From Thermodesulfobium acidiphilum (GTDB lineage: Bacteria > Thermodesulfobiota > Thermodesulfobiia > Thermodesulfobiales > Thermodesulfobiaceae), in assembly GCF_003057965.1 (NCBI RefSeq), contig NZ_CP020921.1, positions 794,916-858,915 on the forward strand: a stretch of DNA of 64,000 nt, written 5' to 3'. Below the pieces are notes generated by a model that was given only the letters and a program-made list of their open reading frames with translations, was not told the DNA's origin and searched no databases. Position 1 is the first letter of the stretch, and every line of letters begins with the position of its first letter. Positions 19,936 through 30,841 of the stretch are shown here, piece after piece. The translations under genes were made by a program, and so were the position numbers.

Positions 19936-20989
19936 AAATAATTTTTTTGAATTATCTTTTGATGAGCTTGAAAATTTTTTTACAAATTTAGGTTTTCCTA
20001 GATATAGAGCTAGACAGGTATTTTCCTGGATATACAAAAATAATGTTTACGATTTTAAACAAATGTCAAATCTAAGTTTGGATTTAAGGGAGCTGTTGAA
20101 TTCAAGTTTTGATTTATCATTTCCAAAAATTCAGAATTTAGTTGAATCTGTAGATAATAGCTTAAAATTTTTGTTTAATTTGGGCGAAGACAATTTTATT
20201 GAAACCGTTTTTATTAAGCACAGAAACAGGAACACGGTATGTGTTTCTTCTCAGATAGGTTGTCCAGTTGGATGTATGATGTGTTCGACTGGTAAAATTG
20301 GGTTTAAAAGAAACTTAAAGGTATCAGAAATTGTTCTTCAAGTTTTAGCTGTTGAAAGTTTTGTTAAGTCTAAAATGGGAAAAATTGACAATTTAGTTTT
20401 TATGGGGATGGGTGAACCCATGCTAAATTTTGATAATGTAATAAAGGCCATTAAAATTTTATCAGACAAAAATGGCAAATCTTTTAGTCCTAGAAGAGTG
20501 GTAATCTCTACAAGTGGATTTGTAGATGGAATAAAAAAATTAAAAGCAGTTAACCTCCCAATAAAATTGGCTGTATCATTACATGCTACTACTAATGAAC
20601 TAAGATCTAAACTTATACCTATTAATAAAACCTTTAATATAGATGAGCTTATTAAGGCCTCTGAGGAATATGCATTAGCCTCTAAAAGGCGAGTAACCTT
20701 TGAATATGTTCTGATGGAGTCAATAAACGATAGCGATCAAGATATTATTAGGTTAAAGGATCTTTTAAAAGGGCTTCATGCTCATGTTAATCTTGTAAAG
20801 TATAATCAATCGTTATCTGATGTTAAAATAAAAACAAATATTCACAGGATAAAGTTATTTGAGAAAATGCTTAATAATTTTGGTATTAAGACTACTATAA
20901 GATTTTCTAAAGGAGAGGATATAAATGGGGCCTGTGGTCAGCTGGCTCTTTTGACCGAGTTAAGTAGTAGTCTGGACGATGAACTGTAA
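19928..20989 (+). CDS. rlmN: 23S rRNA m2A2503 radical SAM methyltransferase
   Basis: CVSSQIGCPVGCMMC, MGMGEP, ACGQL. Confidence 0.96.
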   Translation: MNKNNFFELSFDELENFFTNLGFPRYRARQVFSWIYKNNVYDFKQMSNLSLDLRELLNSSFDLSFPKIQNLVESVDNSLKFLFNLGEDNFIETVFIKHRNRNTVCVSSQIGCPVGCMMCSTGKIGFKRNLKVSEIVLQVLAVESFVKSKMGKIDNLVFMGMGEPMLNFDNVIKAIKILSDKNGKSFSPRRVVISTSGFVDGIKKLKAVNLPIKLAVSLHATTNELRSKLIPINKTFNIDELIKASEEYALASKRRVTFEYVLMESINDSDQDIIRLKDLLKGLHAHVNLVKYNQSLSDVKIKTNIHRIKLFEKMLNNFGIKTTIRFSKGEDINGACGQLALLTELSSSLDDEL

Positions 20990-21030
20990 GCTATTTTTAG
21001 ATAATAGAAAAGGGGGTAGAAGGTACAATT

Positions 21031-22149
21031 ATGTCGGGAAAAGACTTTAACGATGAAATGATTTTGCATCAATCTTTTATGAAAAAGGCTTTAGATCTTG
21101 CATTAAATGGCAGATATTATACATCTCCCAATCCGATGGTGGGCTGTGTTGTTGTAAAGAACAAAAAAATTATTTCGCAGGGCTTTCACAGAGCTTACGG
21201 TGAACTACATGCTGAAGCAAATGCTTTAAAACCTAAAGATATAGATTTTAGTGGTGCTGATTTATATGTTACTTTGGAACCATGTCTTCATTATGGTAAA
21301 ACTCCATCTTGTACTTCAAAAATAATTTCTTCCGGGATAAAAAGAGTGTTTATAGCCACGCTTGACCCGAATCCTAAAATGAACGGAAAATCCGTTGAAA
21401 TACTAAAATATGCTGGCATAGAAGTCTATACAGGTATCTTAGAAAAAGAAGCCAGGTTTATTAATAGACACTTTTTTAAGGCAATGGAAAAATCAATGCC
21501 ATGGTTGATATATAAGTGTGCCATGACTTTAGACGGTAAAACTGCAGACCATAATTTTAAAAGTAAATATATATCTTCTGTTAAATCAAGAAAATATGTT
21601 CATGAGCTTCGGGCTGAATGTGATGCAATTATAATTGGTTATAGGACTGCAATCTTCGATGATCCACTTTTAAATATAAGACTGAAGGGAGTACAAAAGA
21701 AGATTAATAGAATAATAATAGACCCAAAGGCTGCACTTCCAAAAGATTTATTGGTTTTTAATACCCCTAATGAGGGCAATACAATTCTTGTGATCCAAAA
21801 AGGTTTTAGAAATAAGGTTACAGATCAAATAGAAAGTCAGGGTGTAGAAATACTTGAAATAGAAGAAAAAAGTTTTTATATCGAACTAATGAAAGAATTG
21901 TTTAAAAAAAACCTTATAAAAATTTTACTTGAAGGAGGAGGCACCCTTGCCTGTCATATGTTGAAAAATAGATTGATTGACGAATTAAACTTTTTCATTG
22001 CTCCAAAGATTTTGGGTGGAAAAAATTCACCTACACCTTTTTCAGGAGTAGGATTTGAGATTGATCAGAATACTGTTGTGCTGGATTCGTTGAGGACAAA
22101 GAAAATAGGCAATGACATTCTGATAACATCCCTTATAAAATATAATTAA
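21031..22149 (+). CDS. ribD: Riboflavin biosynthesis deaminase/reductase
   Basis: PNPMVG, HAE, TLEPC…PSC, TLDGK, LLEGGG. Confidence 0.96.
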   Translation: MSGKDFNDEMILHQSFMKKALDLALNGRYYTSPNPMVGCVVVKNKKIISQGFHRAYGELHAEANALKPKDIDFSGADLYVTLEPCLHYGKTPSCTSKIISSGIKRVFIATLDPNPKMNGKSVEILKYAGIEVYTGILEKEARFINRHFFKAMEKSMPWLIYKCAMTLDGKTADHNFKSKYISSVKSRKYVHELRAECDAIIIGYRTAIFDDPLLNIRLKGVQKKINRIIIDPKAALPKDLLVFNTPNEGNTILVIQKGFRNKVTDQIESQGVEILEIEEKSFYIELMKELFKKNLIKILLEGGGTLACHMLKNRLIDELNFFIAPKILGGKNSPTPFSGVGFEIDQNTVVLDSLRTKKIGNDILITSLIKYN

Positions 22150-22201
22150 TTATGAAAAAAAGTTTTGAGTTAATAGTAGGTATTGAAAATGGAGGAAAAT
22201 A

Positions 22202-23860
22202 TTGAAGATAGTTATTGGTCAAGTTAATCCTACTATTGGAGATTTTGAATACAATTTTAAATTAATAAAGAATACCTATAAAAAGGGAATAGAATTTGCT
22301 GCTGATCTTGTAGTATTGCCTGAAATGGTAATAACGGGTTATCCACCTAAGGATTTATTAGAAAGGGACAATTTTTGCAAAAGGGCTTTCGAATATAACG
22401 AACTAATCGTTGATCTCACTGAAGATATTCCAATCCTTTTTGGTTCTATTCAAAAAAACGATAAAATAGGCAGAAAAATTTATAATGTAGGGATTTTGGC
22501 TAAAAATAAAAAGATTGTAGGTTGTGCAAGGAAGATTTTGTTACCATACTATGATGTATTTGATGAAACAAGATACTTTGAACCTGGAGATAGCCCATTT
22601 TTTATAAATATAGCAAATAAAAATATTCTTATAACAATTTGTGAAGATTTATGGGGTTTGGGAGAGGGTGGATGTCTATACGGCAAAAATCCTATTAAAG
22701 ATGTATTATGTAGAAATAAAGATAAACAGAAAATTGATTTAGCAATTAATATATCTGCATCACCATATCACTATATGAAGTTTAATCAAAGAAAAGAAAT
22801 TTTTTCAAATATTGCTAAAGAATTTGAATTTGACTTGCTCTATGTAAATTGTGTTGGAGCAAATGATGAATTAATTTTTGATGGTGCGAGTTTTTTTATG
22901 ACGAGTACAGGTCAACTAAAGTTTTTAGCATCATTTTTTGAAGAGAATATTTCATATATAGATACTGACATGTTAAGTTTTGAAAATAAATCTTTTGATG
23001 ATAATTTTGATGTGACTGAACTAATGTATAAGGCTTTGGTATTTGGTTTAAAGGAGTATGGGAAGAAGACGCATTTTAACGGAGCAGTATTGGGACTTAG
23101 TGGCGGAATTGATTCTTCATTGACTGCTTGTATAGCATGCGATGCTTTTGGCAATGAAAATGTAATGGGTCTCATAATGAATTCTCCTTATAACTCAAAA
23201 GAAAGTTTAGAAGATGCCTTAGAGCTTTCTAAAAATCTAAATATTAAGTCTGTTATAATTCCAATAGAGCCATTAATGAAATCTTATGATGAATCTTTAG
23301 CAGATATTTTTAGGGGTTACGATAAAGACGTTACAGAAGAGAACCTTCAAGCACGAATAAGGGGAAACTTACTAATGGCTGTTTCAAATAAATTCGGAAA
23401 AATTTTGTTGAGTACTGGGAATAAGTCTGAAATGGCTGTAGGTTATACGACGTTATATGGCGATTTAACAGGTGGTTTGGCTGTAATTTCAGATGTATAC
23501 AAAGAAGATGTTTACAAAATTGCAAAATGGTTAAATTCCAAGAAAAAAGTTATACCTGAAAGAGTTTTCACAAAAAAACCATCTGCTGAACTTAGACCTG
23601 GGCAATATGATCAAGAGAAATTGCCTCCTTATGAAATCCTGGATAAAATTTTGAAATTATTTATTGAAGAAGCTAAATCAATAAATGAAATTGTTTCTTA
23701 TGGTTTTGATCGAAATACTGTGAGAGAAGTAGTTTCGATGATTGTTAAGAATGAGTATAAAAGAAGACAGGCTCCTCCTACTTTAAAGGTTACAGGAAAA
23801 GCTTTTGGTTATGGCAGGAGATATCCAATAGCAATGAAACCTAAATTAGATGATTTATAA
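22202..23860 (+). CDS. nadE: Glutamine-dependent NAD+ synthetase
   Basis: CN-hydrolase domain (PEM, RK, ICED) plus GLSGGIDS, ENLQARIRG, GYTTLYGD. Confidence 0.96.
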   Translation: MKIVIGQVNPTIGDFEYNFKLIKNTYKKGIEFAADLVVLPEMVITGYPPKDLLERDNFCKRAFEYNELIVDLTEDIPILFGSIQKNDKIGRKIYNVGILAKNKKIVGCARKILLPYYDVFDETRYFEPGDSPFFINIANKNILITICEDLWGLGEGGCLYGKNPIKDVLCRNKDKQKIDLAINISASPYHYMKFNQRKEIFSNIAKEFEFDLLYVNCVGANDELIFDGASFFMTSTGQLKFLASFFEENISYIDTDMLSFENKSFDDNFDVTELMYKALVFGLKEYGKKTHFNGAVLGLSGGIDSSLTACIACDAFGNENVMGLIMNSPYNSKESLEDALELSKNLNIKSVIIPIEPLMKSYDESLADIFRGYDKDVTEENLQARIRGNLLMAVSNKFGKILLSTGNKSEMAVGYTTLYGDLTGGLAVISDVYKEDVYKIAKWLNSKKKVIPERVFTKKPSAELRPGQYDQEKLPPYEILDKILKLFIEEAKSINEIVSYGFDRNTVREVVSMIVKNEYKRRQAPPTLKVTGKAFGYGRRYPIAMKPKLDDL

Positions 23861-23879
23861 AATTTAAGGAGGCTTTTAA

Positions 23880-25145
23880 GTGATTAAAATAGCTATCTTG
23901 GGATTAGGGAATGTAGGAACAAGTGTCTTAAACATTATTAGAAATAATCAAGATCTAATTTATCAAAAAATTGGGGAAAATTTTGAAATAGTAGGTGCTC
24001 TTGTTAGAGATAAAACTAAACATTTAGAAAAAGGGGTATATTTAGCATCTTCTTTTGAAGAAATATTGTCTTTGAGGCCAGATATAATAGTGGAACTAAT
24101 AGGCTCTGTAAATCCTGCACTTGAATATATCATCAAATCCCTGGAAAACGATATTCCAGTTGTTACAGCAAACAAAGAAGTGCTGGCAAAGTATCCAGAT
24201 GTTATATTTGCTCTTGCAGATAAAAAAAGAGTCCCTATATATTTTGAAGCTGCTGTTGGAGGCGGAATTCCAATTGTTAGACCATTAAAGGTATGCTTAG
24301 CTGCAAATAGGATAAAAGAAATTATGGGTATTTTAAATGGCACTACTAATTATATATTAACAAAATTAGATGAAGGCCTGGAGTTTGAAAGCGCCTTAAA
24401 GGAGGCTCAAGAAAAGGGTTATGCTGAAGCAAATCCAGAGTCTGATCTATCTGGTATGGATGCGCTTTATAAAATTGCTATTTTATCGTCTGTATCTTTT
24501 GGTGTTCTGGTAGATATCAAGGAACTTTCATCAGAGGGCATAAACAAAATTAGTCTTAAAGACGTTTTATATGCACGGGATCTTGGATATAAAATTAAAC
24601 TCATTGCAAGATCATGTGTTAAAGATAATAAATATGATATAAGGGTGTATCCAATGCTGCTTCCTTTTTCACATCCTTTAGCTTCTGTTAATAATAACAT
24701 GAACTCTATTTTAGTAAAAGGAGACTTTGTAGGATCAGTAATGTTTTACGGCCAGGGAGCAGGTGGAAATCCTACAGCTTCTGCTGTTGCAAGCGATATT
24801 ATGGATATCGGCTGGCATATAAAAAATTCTCATACACACAGACTTTCAGGTAATATTAAGTCAAAAGCTACGATATTGAAATTGGATGAATTGTTTTCTA
24901 GGTTTTATTTAAGAGCTATTGTCAAGGATAATCCTGGAGTGCTTGCGAAAATTGCTAAAGTTCTAGCGGATAATGATGTAAGTATAAAGAGTATGGTTCA
25001 AAAGACAAGTAATAAAGGATATGCTGAATTAGTATTCATTGTACACCAATGCAACGAACAAAATTTTTATAAATCTATAGAAGATCTGAAATTAGTAGAT
25101 AGCGTAAAACAAATAGCTTCTACACTTAGGGTATATGAAGATTGA
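23880..25145 (+). CDS. hom: Homoserine dehydrogenase with ACT domain
   Basis: GLGNVG, VVTANK, EAAVGGGIP, GILNGTTNYIL, C-terminal DNPGVLAKI. Confidence 0.96.
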   Translation: MIKIAILGLGNVGTSVLNIIRNNQDLIYQKIGENFEIVGALVRDKTKHLEKGVYLASSFEEILSLRPDIIVELIGSVNPALEYIIKSLENDIPVVTANKEVLAKYPDVIFALADKKRVPIYFEAAVGGGIPIVRPLKVCLAANRIKEIMGILNGTTNYILTKLDEGLEFESALKEAQEKGYAEANPESDLSGMDALYKIAILSSVSFGVLVDIKELSSEGINKISLKDVLYARDLGYKIKLIARSCVKDNKYDIRVYPMLLPFSHPLASVNNNMNSILVKGDFVGSVMFYGQGAGGNPTASAVASDIMDIGWHIKNSHTHRLSGNIKSKATILKLDELFSRFYLRAIVKDNPGVLAKIAKVLADNDVSIKSMVQKTSNKGYAELVFIVHQCNEQNFYKSIEDLKLVDSVKQIASTLRVYED

Positions 25146-25151
25146 GTATTG

Positions 25152-25919
25152 TTAAAAAGATATTATTACTCCTTGTCTTCCGGTAACTTTATCTCTGCGA
25201 TATGAAAAGAAAAGGTCATCTCTTTCGTAGGTACAAAGTTTTAAAGAACAAATATCAAAAACGTCATATTTTCTAAATATATGTTCAATTCCACCTGCTA
25301 TATCGATAAAATACTTTTCTTGATATTTTTTTACGTGGAAGGAGAGATCTTCATGGGCTTCAAATGATTCTGCAATATCTTTATCAACTTCAAGATGTTT
25401 CCACGATATTCCTGGTCCGATCGAGACAATAAGATTTTTAGGTTTAATTCTTCCAAATTTTATTATGTCAAAAAAAGATTCTATTATGCCTTTATATAAA
25501 CCTCTCCAACCAATGTGAAGTACTGCGATAAAACTTTTCCTCTTTTCTGTGATGAGAACAGGATAGCAGTCGGCTGTTCTTATAAAGAGTGGCAAATTAC
25601 TTTTTGAAGTTATTAAACCATCTGCTTTTTTTATAATTCCTGCACTAGAAACTTGTACAACATTGAACGAGTGAATTTGCTCTGCCTCACACCAACTTGT
25701 TTCAACCTGTGTTTGAGAACTAAATATTTTGCGATTTTTGATAACATTTTCAGGCAGATCACCTGTTTGAAAAGATAAGTTCAAACTATCGTATGGCTTT
25801 TTGCTTACTCCGTTTAATCTAGTTGAAAAGCCATGCTTTATTCCCAGGTGTAAAAATCTTTCATCCTGTATTATTGATTGAGAATTGAAAAAAAAAGGAT
25901 AATTTAGTTTTTCACTCAT
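25152..25919 (-). CDS. pgeF: PgeF/YfiH laccase-domain protein
   Basis: QIHS, TADCYP, HIGWRG, FFSYRR…GRQ. Confidence 0.92.
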   Translation of the reverse strand: MSEKLNYPFFFNSQSIIQDERFLHLGIKHGFSTRLNGVSKKPYDSLNLSFQTGDLPENVIKNRKIFSSQTQVETSWCEAEQIHSFNVVQVSSAGIIKKADGLITSKSNLPLFIRTADCYPVLITEKRKSFIAVLHIGWRGLYKGIIESFFDIIKFGRIKPKNLIVSIGPGISWKHLEVDKDIAESFEAHEDLSFHVKKYQEKYFIDIAGGIEHIFRKYDVFDICSLKLCTYERDDLFFSYRRDKVTGRQGVIISF

Positions 25920-27601
25920 TTTAAAAGCTCCTTTGCGTGTTTTAGACCATATTCGCTAACATTTCCAGATAGCATTCTTGAAAGTTCTTCGAGTCTGTCG
26001 TCTTTATGTAATTCTTTTACTATTACTCGAGTAATATTATTTTTTTGCTCTTTTATAATTTTATAATGTAAATCTGCACATGCTGCAACATTTGCTTGAT
26101 GTGTAATTATAAATATTTGATTGAATTTTGACAATTCTATTAACTTTTCTCTCAATTTAACAGCAGCAAAACCACCTATACCAACATCTATTTCGTCAAA
26201 GATAAAGGCTTTAAAATTTTTATCCTTTTCGTTTTTTAATAATTCAAGAGCGATCACAATCCTTGAAAGCTCACCTCCTGAAGCTACTTTGTTGAGCGTT
26301 TCAAGAGGTATTTCTGGGTTTGCACTAAAGTAAAATTCAATTTCTTCTGCACCATATTTTGAAAAAAACTTGTCATTTATCTTTATTTCGCTTGAGGGTT
26401 CGATAAAAATTGCCATAAATTTTGCATTAGGAATATCAAGGTCTTTTAATTGATTTTCAACCATGTGTGAGAAAATTTCAATATTTTTAAATCTTTTCTC
26501 ACTAAGTTCACTTGATAATTTTAGGATTTCTTTTTTAGAATTTTCTAGTTTGATTTCTAATAATTCCTTCTCTCTTTCTAAATCTAAAATTTTATTTATT
26601 TCTGATTCAATATTATTTCTTGCCTCTTCTATTTGTGATATTTCTTGAAGTCTTAAGATTCTTCTAATTTTCTCTGCTGAAGATAGCCTATCATGTATAT
26701 ATGTAAGTCTGTTTGTAAAGTCTGGCATCTTTTGAATTCTTGCCTCTACTTGTTCGCAAAAATTTTCATATGAGGATTTGAAATTTGTAAAAGAATTTAA
26801 TAAATCATCAATTTCTTCATATTTTGATAGTTTCTTTATCTCAATTAATACTGAAGACATATAGTCAGAAAAGCTTGATGGATACGAAATGATTTCCAAG
26901 ATCTTTTGGAGTCCTTCGTTTATTAATTCATATTCTTCAAGACTATTTTTTTCTTGTATTAACTCGGCAATTTCTCCAGGATAAAAATTTTCCTTTTCAA
27001 TTATTTTTAAAAGATCTTGTAAAACCTCTTTTCTATTTTTTAGTTCATCTAAATTTGAATTTATTTTTGAAAGTTTTTTTGATAAAGTTTTATAGTTTTC
27101 AAAAGATTTTTCATATAACTTTCTCAACAAAGTAGTATCTGAAAAGGAATCAAATATTTCATTTTGATAAGACTTTTTGAGAACCGACTGATTTGAATGT
27201 TGACCCGTTAATTCAACAAATTCAAGAATGGATTTAATTGTTTTTAGATTTGACACTTTATCATTAACATAAAAGGTACTCTTACCATTTTGGTTTGTAA
27301 TTTTTGTTATTTTAATATCTTTTTGTTTTATTTCATCTGACTCATTTTTATAAAATCCTGTAATTTCTAAGACTATAGTTGAAGGACTGTCATTTTTTTT
27401 GGGTATAAATACAATTTTTTCTCCCAACAAAGAGGCTATTGCTCCAGTTATCAAAGATTTCCCTGCACCTGTTTCTCCAGTTAATGCACTTATTTTTCGG
27501 CTAAACTTAATTTTAATGTTGTCAATTATTATAGTGTTATCAATTATCAATCTTTTAATTATTCCTGAAGTAAAATTTAGATCTAATATTTCATTTTGCA
27601 T
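25916..27601 (-). CDS. recN: DNA repair protein RecN
   Basis: TGETGAGKS, ASGGELSR, FDEIDVGIGG, ITHQ. Confidence 0.95.
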   Translation of the reverse strand: MQNEILDLNFTSGIIKRLIIDNTIIIDNIKIKFSRKISALTGETGAGKSLITGAIASLLGEKIVFIPKKNDSPSTIVLEITGFYKNESDEIKQKDIKITKITNQNGKSTFYVNDKVSNLKTIKSILEFVELTGQHSNQSVLKKSYQNEIFDSFSDTTLLRKLYEKSFENYKTLSKKLSKINSNLDELKNRKEVLQDLLKIIEKENFYPGEIAELIQEKNSLEEYELINEGLQKILEIISYPSSFSDYMSSVLIEIKKLSKYEEIDDLLNSFTNFKSSYENFCEQVEARIQKMPDFTNRLTYIHDRLSSAEKIRRILRLQEISQIEEARNNIESEINKILDLEREKELLEIKLENSKKEILKLSSELSEKRFKNIEIFSHMVENQLKDLDIPNAKFMAIFIEPSSEIKINDKFFSKYGAEEIEFYFSANPEIPLETLNKVASGGELSRIVIALELLKNEKDKNFKAFIFDEIDVGIGGFAAVKLREKLIELSKFNQIFIITHQANVAACADLHYKIIKEQKNNITRVIVKELHKDDRLEELSRMLSGNVSEYGLKHAKELLK

Positions 27602-27633
27602 AAACTATACCTCGAACTTATATATGTTTAAGA

Positions 27634-28431
27634 TCACGTTCCCCATGTAAGCTTTTCTTTAAGTTTTTTGAAAAACGATGGCTTTTTATTAAATAAAAGG
27701 GTAATATACTTTGAAGAAGGTGTTATTATAGATTTTTCAATGCCTTTTAAGGGAGTTATGCATTGTCCGTCTACACTATAATAAAGTGTATCATATCTAG
27801 GATCAAACTCTATCTCTATAGGTTTTTTTTCAATAACCATAGATTTACAACGAGGATCTCTAGGTGAAATTGGAGTAATGATCATACAATCGAAAAAGTG
27901 TTCTACTATTGGACCTCCTGCCGAATAAGAATAAGCAGTGGAACCAATTGAGGATGAAACTATAACTCCATCTGAAAAAATTTTGAAGGTTATGTTATCA
28001 ATTTTAATTAGCCATGGGACCATTAATGGATCAGATCTTGAAAAAATTATTTCATTAAGCGCATATTTAATTTTATCTAAAGTCATTATCTCTAAAAGAT
28101 TTACCTTTTCTGAGTAAACAGAAGGAAAATTTTCGAGAAACTCTTCTAATTCGTCGATAGATCCAGTAGATAAGAAACCAAGTCTCCCAAGGTCTAAAGC
28201 ATAAATGGGTATTTTTTTTCCAAGATTAATTTCATGAATCAATCTTAATAACGTTCCATCCCCACCAAAAGTAATTATTGCATCAGCCTCTTCTTTAATT
28301 GGGAAATTTGTAATTAAATTTGTTTCTTTATCAATAGAAAAAAAATTATATTTTTTACCTAACTGATATAGAAAATCTAAATTATATTGTTTTTTTGGAT
28401 TTACTTTAATTAAAAAATTATAATTTGCCAA
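27634..28431 (-). CDS. nadK: NAD kinase
   Basis: GGDGT, GRLGFL, ALNE, GSTAYSYSAGG. Confidence 0.93.
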   Translation of the reverse strand: MANYNFLIKVNPKKQYNLDFLYQLGKKYNFFSIDKETNLITNFPIKEEADAIITFGGDGTLLRLIHEINLGKKIPIYALDLGRLGFLSTGSIDELEEFLENFPSVYSEKVNLLEIMTLDKIKYALNEIIFSRSDPLMVPWLIKIDNITFKIFSDGVIVSSSIGSTAYSYSAGGPIVEHFFDCMIITPISPRDPRCKSMVIEKKPIEIEFDPRYDTLYYSVDGQCITPLKGIEKSIITPSSKYITLLFNKKPSFFKKLKEKLTWGT

Positions 28432-28448
28432 AACTTTTCCATCCTGGA

Positions 28449-30350
28449 TTAGAATTTTTTTGCTATATTTTCTAATTTCTTGGTTGTTTTTTCTGGATTT
28501 AAAAAACTGTCTATATATTTTAAAATATTTTCCTCATCAAGCCCAATTTGTTTTAATATAGATTCATTATCTCCATGTGGCATAAAATAATCAGGGAAAC
28601 CTAAAACATCTAAAAACTTATCTGCTAGCCCCAATTTTGATGCTACAGACAAACAATATGAACCAAATCCACCTATAGCGGAATTTTCTTCAACAGTAAT
28701 AACCTTTTGATGTGTTTCCAATATTTCTCTGAAAAATTTTACAGTTTTTTCAGTCCAGGGCTTTATTTTTTTGAATGCAAATATGCTCACTTCTTTTGTT
28801 AGATTGTTCTTTTCTATCATATCAAGACATCTCCAACAGATAGGCCCTATTGATAGGACAGCAATTTTATTTCCTTTGTTAATTGATTCTGGTTCTTCAA
28901 AATCTATTGATGCGCTGTTTCTTTTTCCAATAATTTTTCCCTTTGGGTATCTGATTACTGCTGGCTTATTGAGATCTATAGAATGCCTTAACATATTCTT
29001 TAGATCAATTTCATCAGATGGAACGAATATATGTAAATTTGGTATTGGCAGTAAAAAAGATATATCGAAGGCACCATGATGAGTTGGTCCATCTGGTCCA
29101 CACAATCCAGATCTGTCTAATACAAATACTACTGGCAAATTTTGTAAAGCTACGTCATGAATTACCTGATCGTAGGCTCTCTGTAGAAAAGTAGAATAAA
29201 TTGCAACAACAGGTTTTAATCCTTGAGTGGATAAACCTGCAGCAAAGGTTACTGCATGTTGTTCTGCAATTCCAACATCAAAAAATCTCTCTGGAAATTC
29301 ATTTGCAAATTTTGTAAGACCAGTACCGTCTGGCATTGCAGCCGTTATAGCAACAACGTTTTTATCATTTTTGGCAATTTCTACAATTTCTTCGGAAAAT
29401 ATTTTAGTAAAGGATATATCCTTACTAATGGATTTGCCAGTAGAAATTTCAAATTTAGGTGCGCTGTGATAAAAAGTAGGATTCTCTTCAGATTTCTTGT
29501 ATCCATAACCCTTTTTGGTTACTACATGTAATACTTTTGGACCAGGATGATTAAGAGTTCTTTCTATGGTATATTCTAGAAGTTTTATATTATGACCATC
29601 TATTGGTCCATAATAATTTATGCCGAGTTCTTCAAAGAAACATTTTCCAATAAGAACTTCTTTGAAAGCATCTCTAAATCTTAATGCAAAGTCTAAAAAT
29701 GTTTTTCCGTTTGGTAATCTATTGCTAAGAGTTTCTATTGTTAATTTGAAATTTTTGTAAAAAGGATGGGTTCTAAGTTCTAATAAAGTTCTTGCTAGCG
29801 CTCCCACATTTGGTGAGATCGACATTTCATTGTGATTTAGTATCACTGTTAAATCAGATTTTGTATGCCCAAGATAATTGAAAGCCTCAAGAGCCATTCC
29901 ACAAGTCATAGCACCATCACCAATAATAGCTACCACTCTGCCTTCTTTGTTTAATAGCCCTTTTCCAATGCAAGCACCTAACGCAGCAGATATTGAAGTT
30001 CCAGCATGTCCTGTTCCAAAAAAGTCATAGGGACTTTCTTCTCTTTTAGGAAAACCGCTTATACCGTTGAATTGTCTCAATGTTGAGAATTTATCAAATC
30101 TATTTGTCAATAATTTGTAAGGGTATATTTGGTGTCCGACATCAAATATAACAAAATCTTTTGATAAATCCAATTTGGACAAAAGCGCTATTGTTAATTC
30201 GACAACTCCTAAATTTGAAGACAAATGTCCACCATTTTTGCTAACAGTCTTGATTATCGTTTTTCTAATTTCCTTTGCTAATTTCAACTTTTCATCTATG
30301 TTTAATTTTGAAACATCTTTTGGATCTTTTAAATTATTTAGAATTTCCAT
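28449..30350 (-). CDS. dxs: 1-deoxy-D-xylulose-5-phosphate synthase
   Basis: GGHLSSNLG, DVGHQ, GDGAMT, DVGIAEQHA, DGPTHHG. ATG 30350 follows AAGGAG (ORF open to 30380). Confidence 0.97.
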   Translation of the reverse strand: MEILNNLKDPKDVSKLNIDEKLKLAKEIRKTIIKTVSKNGGHLSSNLGVVELTIALLSKLDLSKDFVIFDVGHQIYPYKLLTNRFDKFSTLRQFNGISGFPKREESPYDFFGTGHAGTSISAALGACIGKGLLNKEGRVVAIIGDGAMTCGMALEAFNYLGHTKSDLTVILNHNEMSISPNVGALARTLLELRTHPFYKNFKLTIETLSNRLPNGKTFLDFALRFRDAFKEVLIGKCFFEELGINYYGPIDGHNIKLLEYTIERTLNHPGPKVLHVVTKKGYGYKKSEENPTFYHSAPKFEISTGKSISKDISFTKIFSEEIVEIAKNDKNVVAITAAMPDGTGLTKFANEFPERFFDVGIAEQHAVTFAAGLSTQGLKPVVAIYSTFLQRAYDQVIHDVALQNLPVVFVLDRSGLCGPDGPTHHGAFDISFLLPIPNLHIFVPSDEIDLKNMLRHSIDLNKPAVIRYPKGKIIGKRNSASIDFEEPESINKGNKIAVLSIGPICWRCLDMIEKNNLTKEVSIFAFKKIKPWTEKTVKFFREILETHQKVITVEENSAIGGFGSYCLSVASKLGLADKFLDVLGFPDYFMPHGDNESILKQIGLDEENILKYIDSFLNPEKTTKKLENIAKKF

Positions 30351-30388
30351 AGGAATGCAATCTCCTTTCATCGCTGACAAATAACTTT

Positions 30389-30841
30389 TTAATATTTCAT
30401 AAGTATCAAACTAACAAGTATCCCCAAAAAACAACCAGCAATTACTTCAACAGGGGTGTGCCCAATAAGTTCTCTAAGATGCTCTTCTCTAAAGTAATAT
30501 TTGTGACTAAGTTCATTTATTATTTTATTTAAAACTTTTGCTTGTTTTCCAGCTGCCTGTCTTACACCAGCGGCATCGTACATTACAATAAAGGCAAAGA
30601 TTATAGTGACAGCAAATAATGAACTATTTAAACCCTCTTTGATGCCTATTACGGTAGCCAATGAACTAACAAGTGCGCTGTGAGAAGACGGCATGCCACC
30701 AGCTTCAGTGAGGTGTCTTAAATTGATTTTATGATTTTTCCTCCAATAATAAAACATCTTTAAAATCTGAGCTATAAGGCTTGCTGTGAATGGTATCCAT
30801 ATTAATTTATTTGCTAGAAATTCATTCAAATAATTCTCCAT
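30389..30841 (-). CDS. Divergent PAP2 (DUF212) membrane protein
   Basis: GGMPSSHS, VMYDAAGVR, ELIGHTP; usual position between ispA and dxs. Confidence 0.92.
   Translation of the reverse strand: MENYLNEFLANKLIWIPFTASLIAQILKMFYYWRKNHKINLRHLTEAGGMPSSHSALVSSLATVIGIKEGLNSSLFAVTIIFAFIVMYDAAGVRQAAGKQAKVLNKIINELSHKYYFREEHLRELIGHTPVEVIAGCFLGILVSLILMKY

Noticed and set aside
20990-21030. FMN riboswitch upstream of ribD
   Set aside because: The gap is only ~41 bp and has no RFN motifs.
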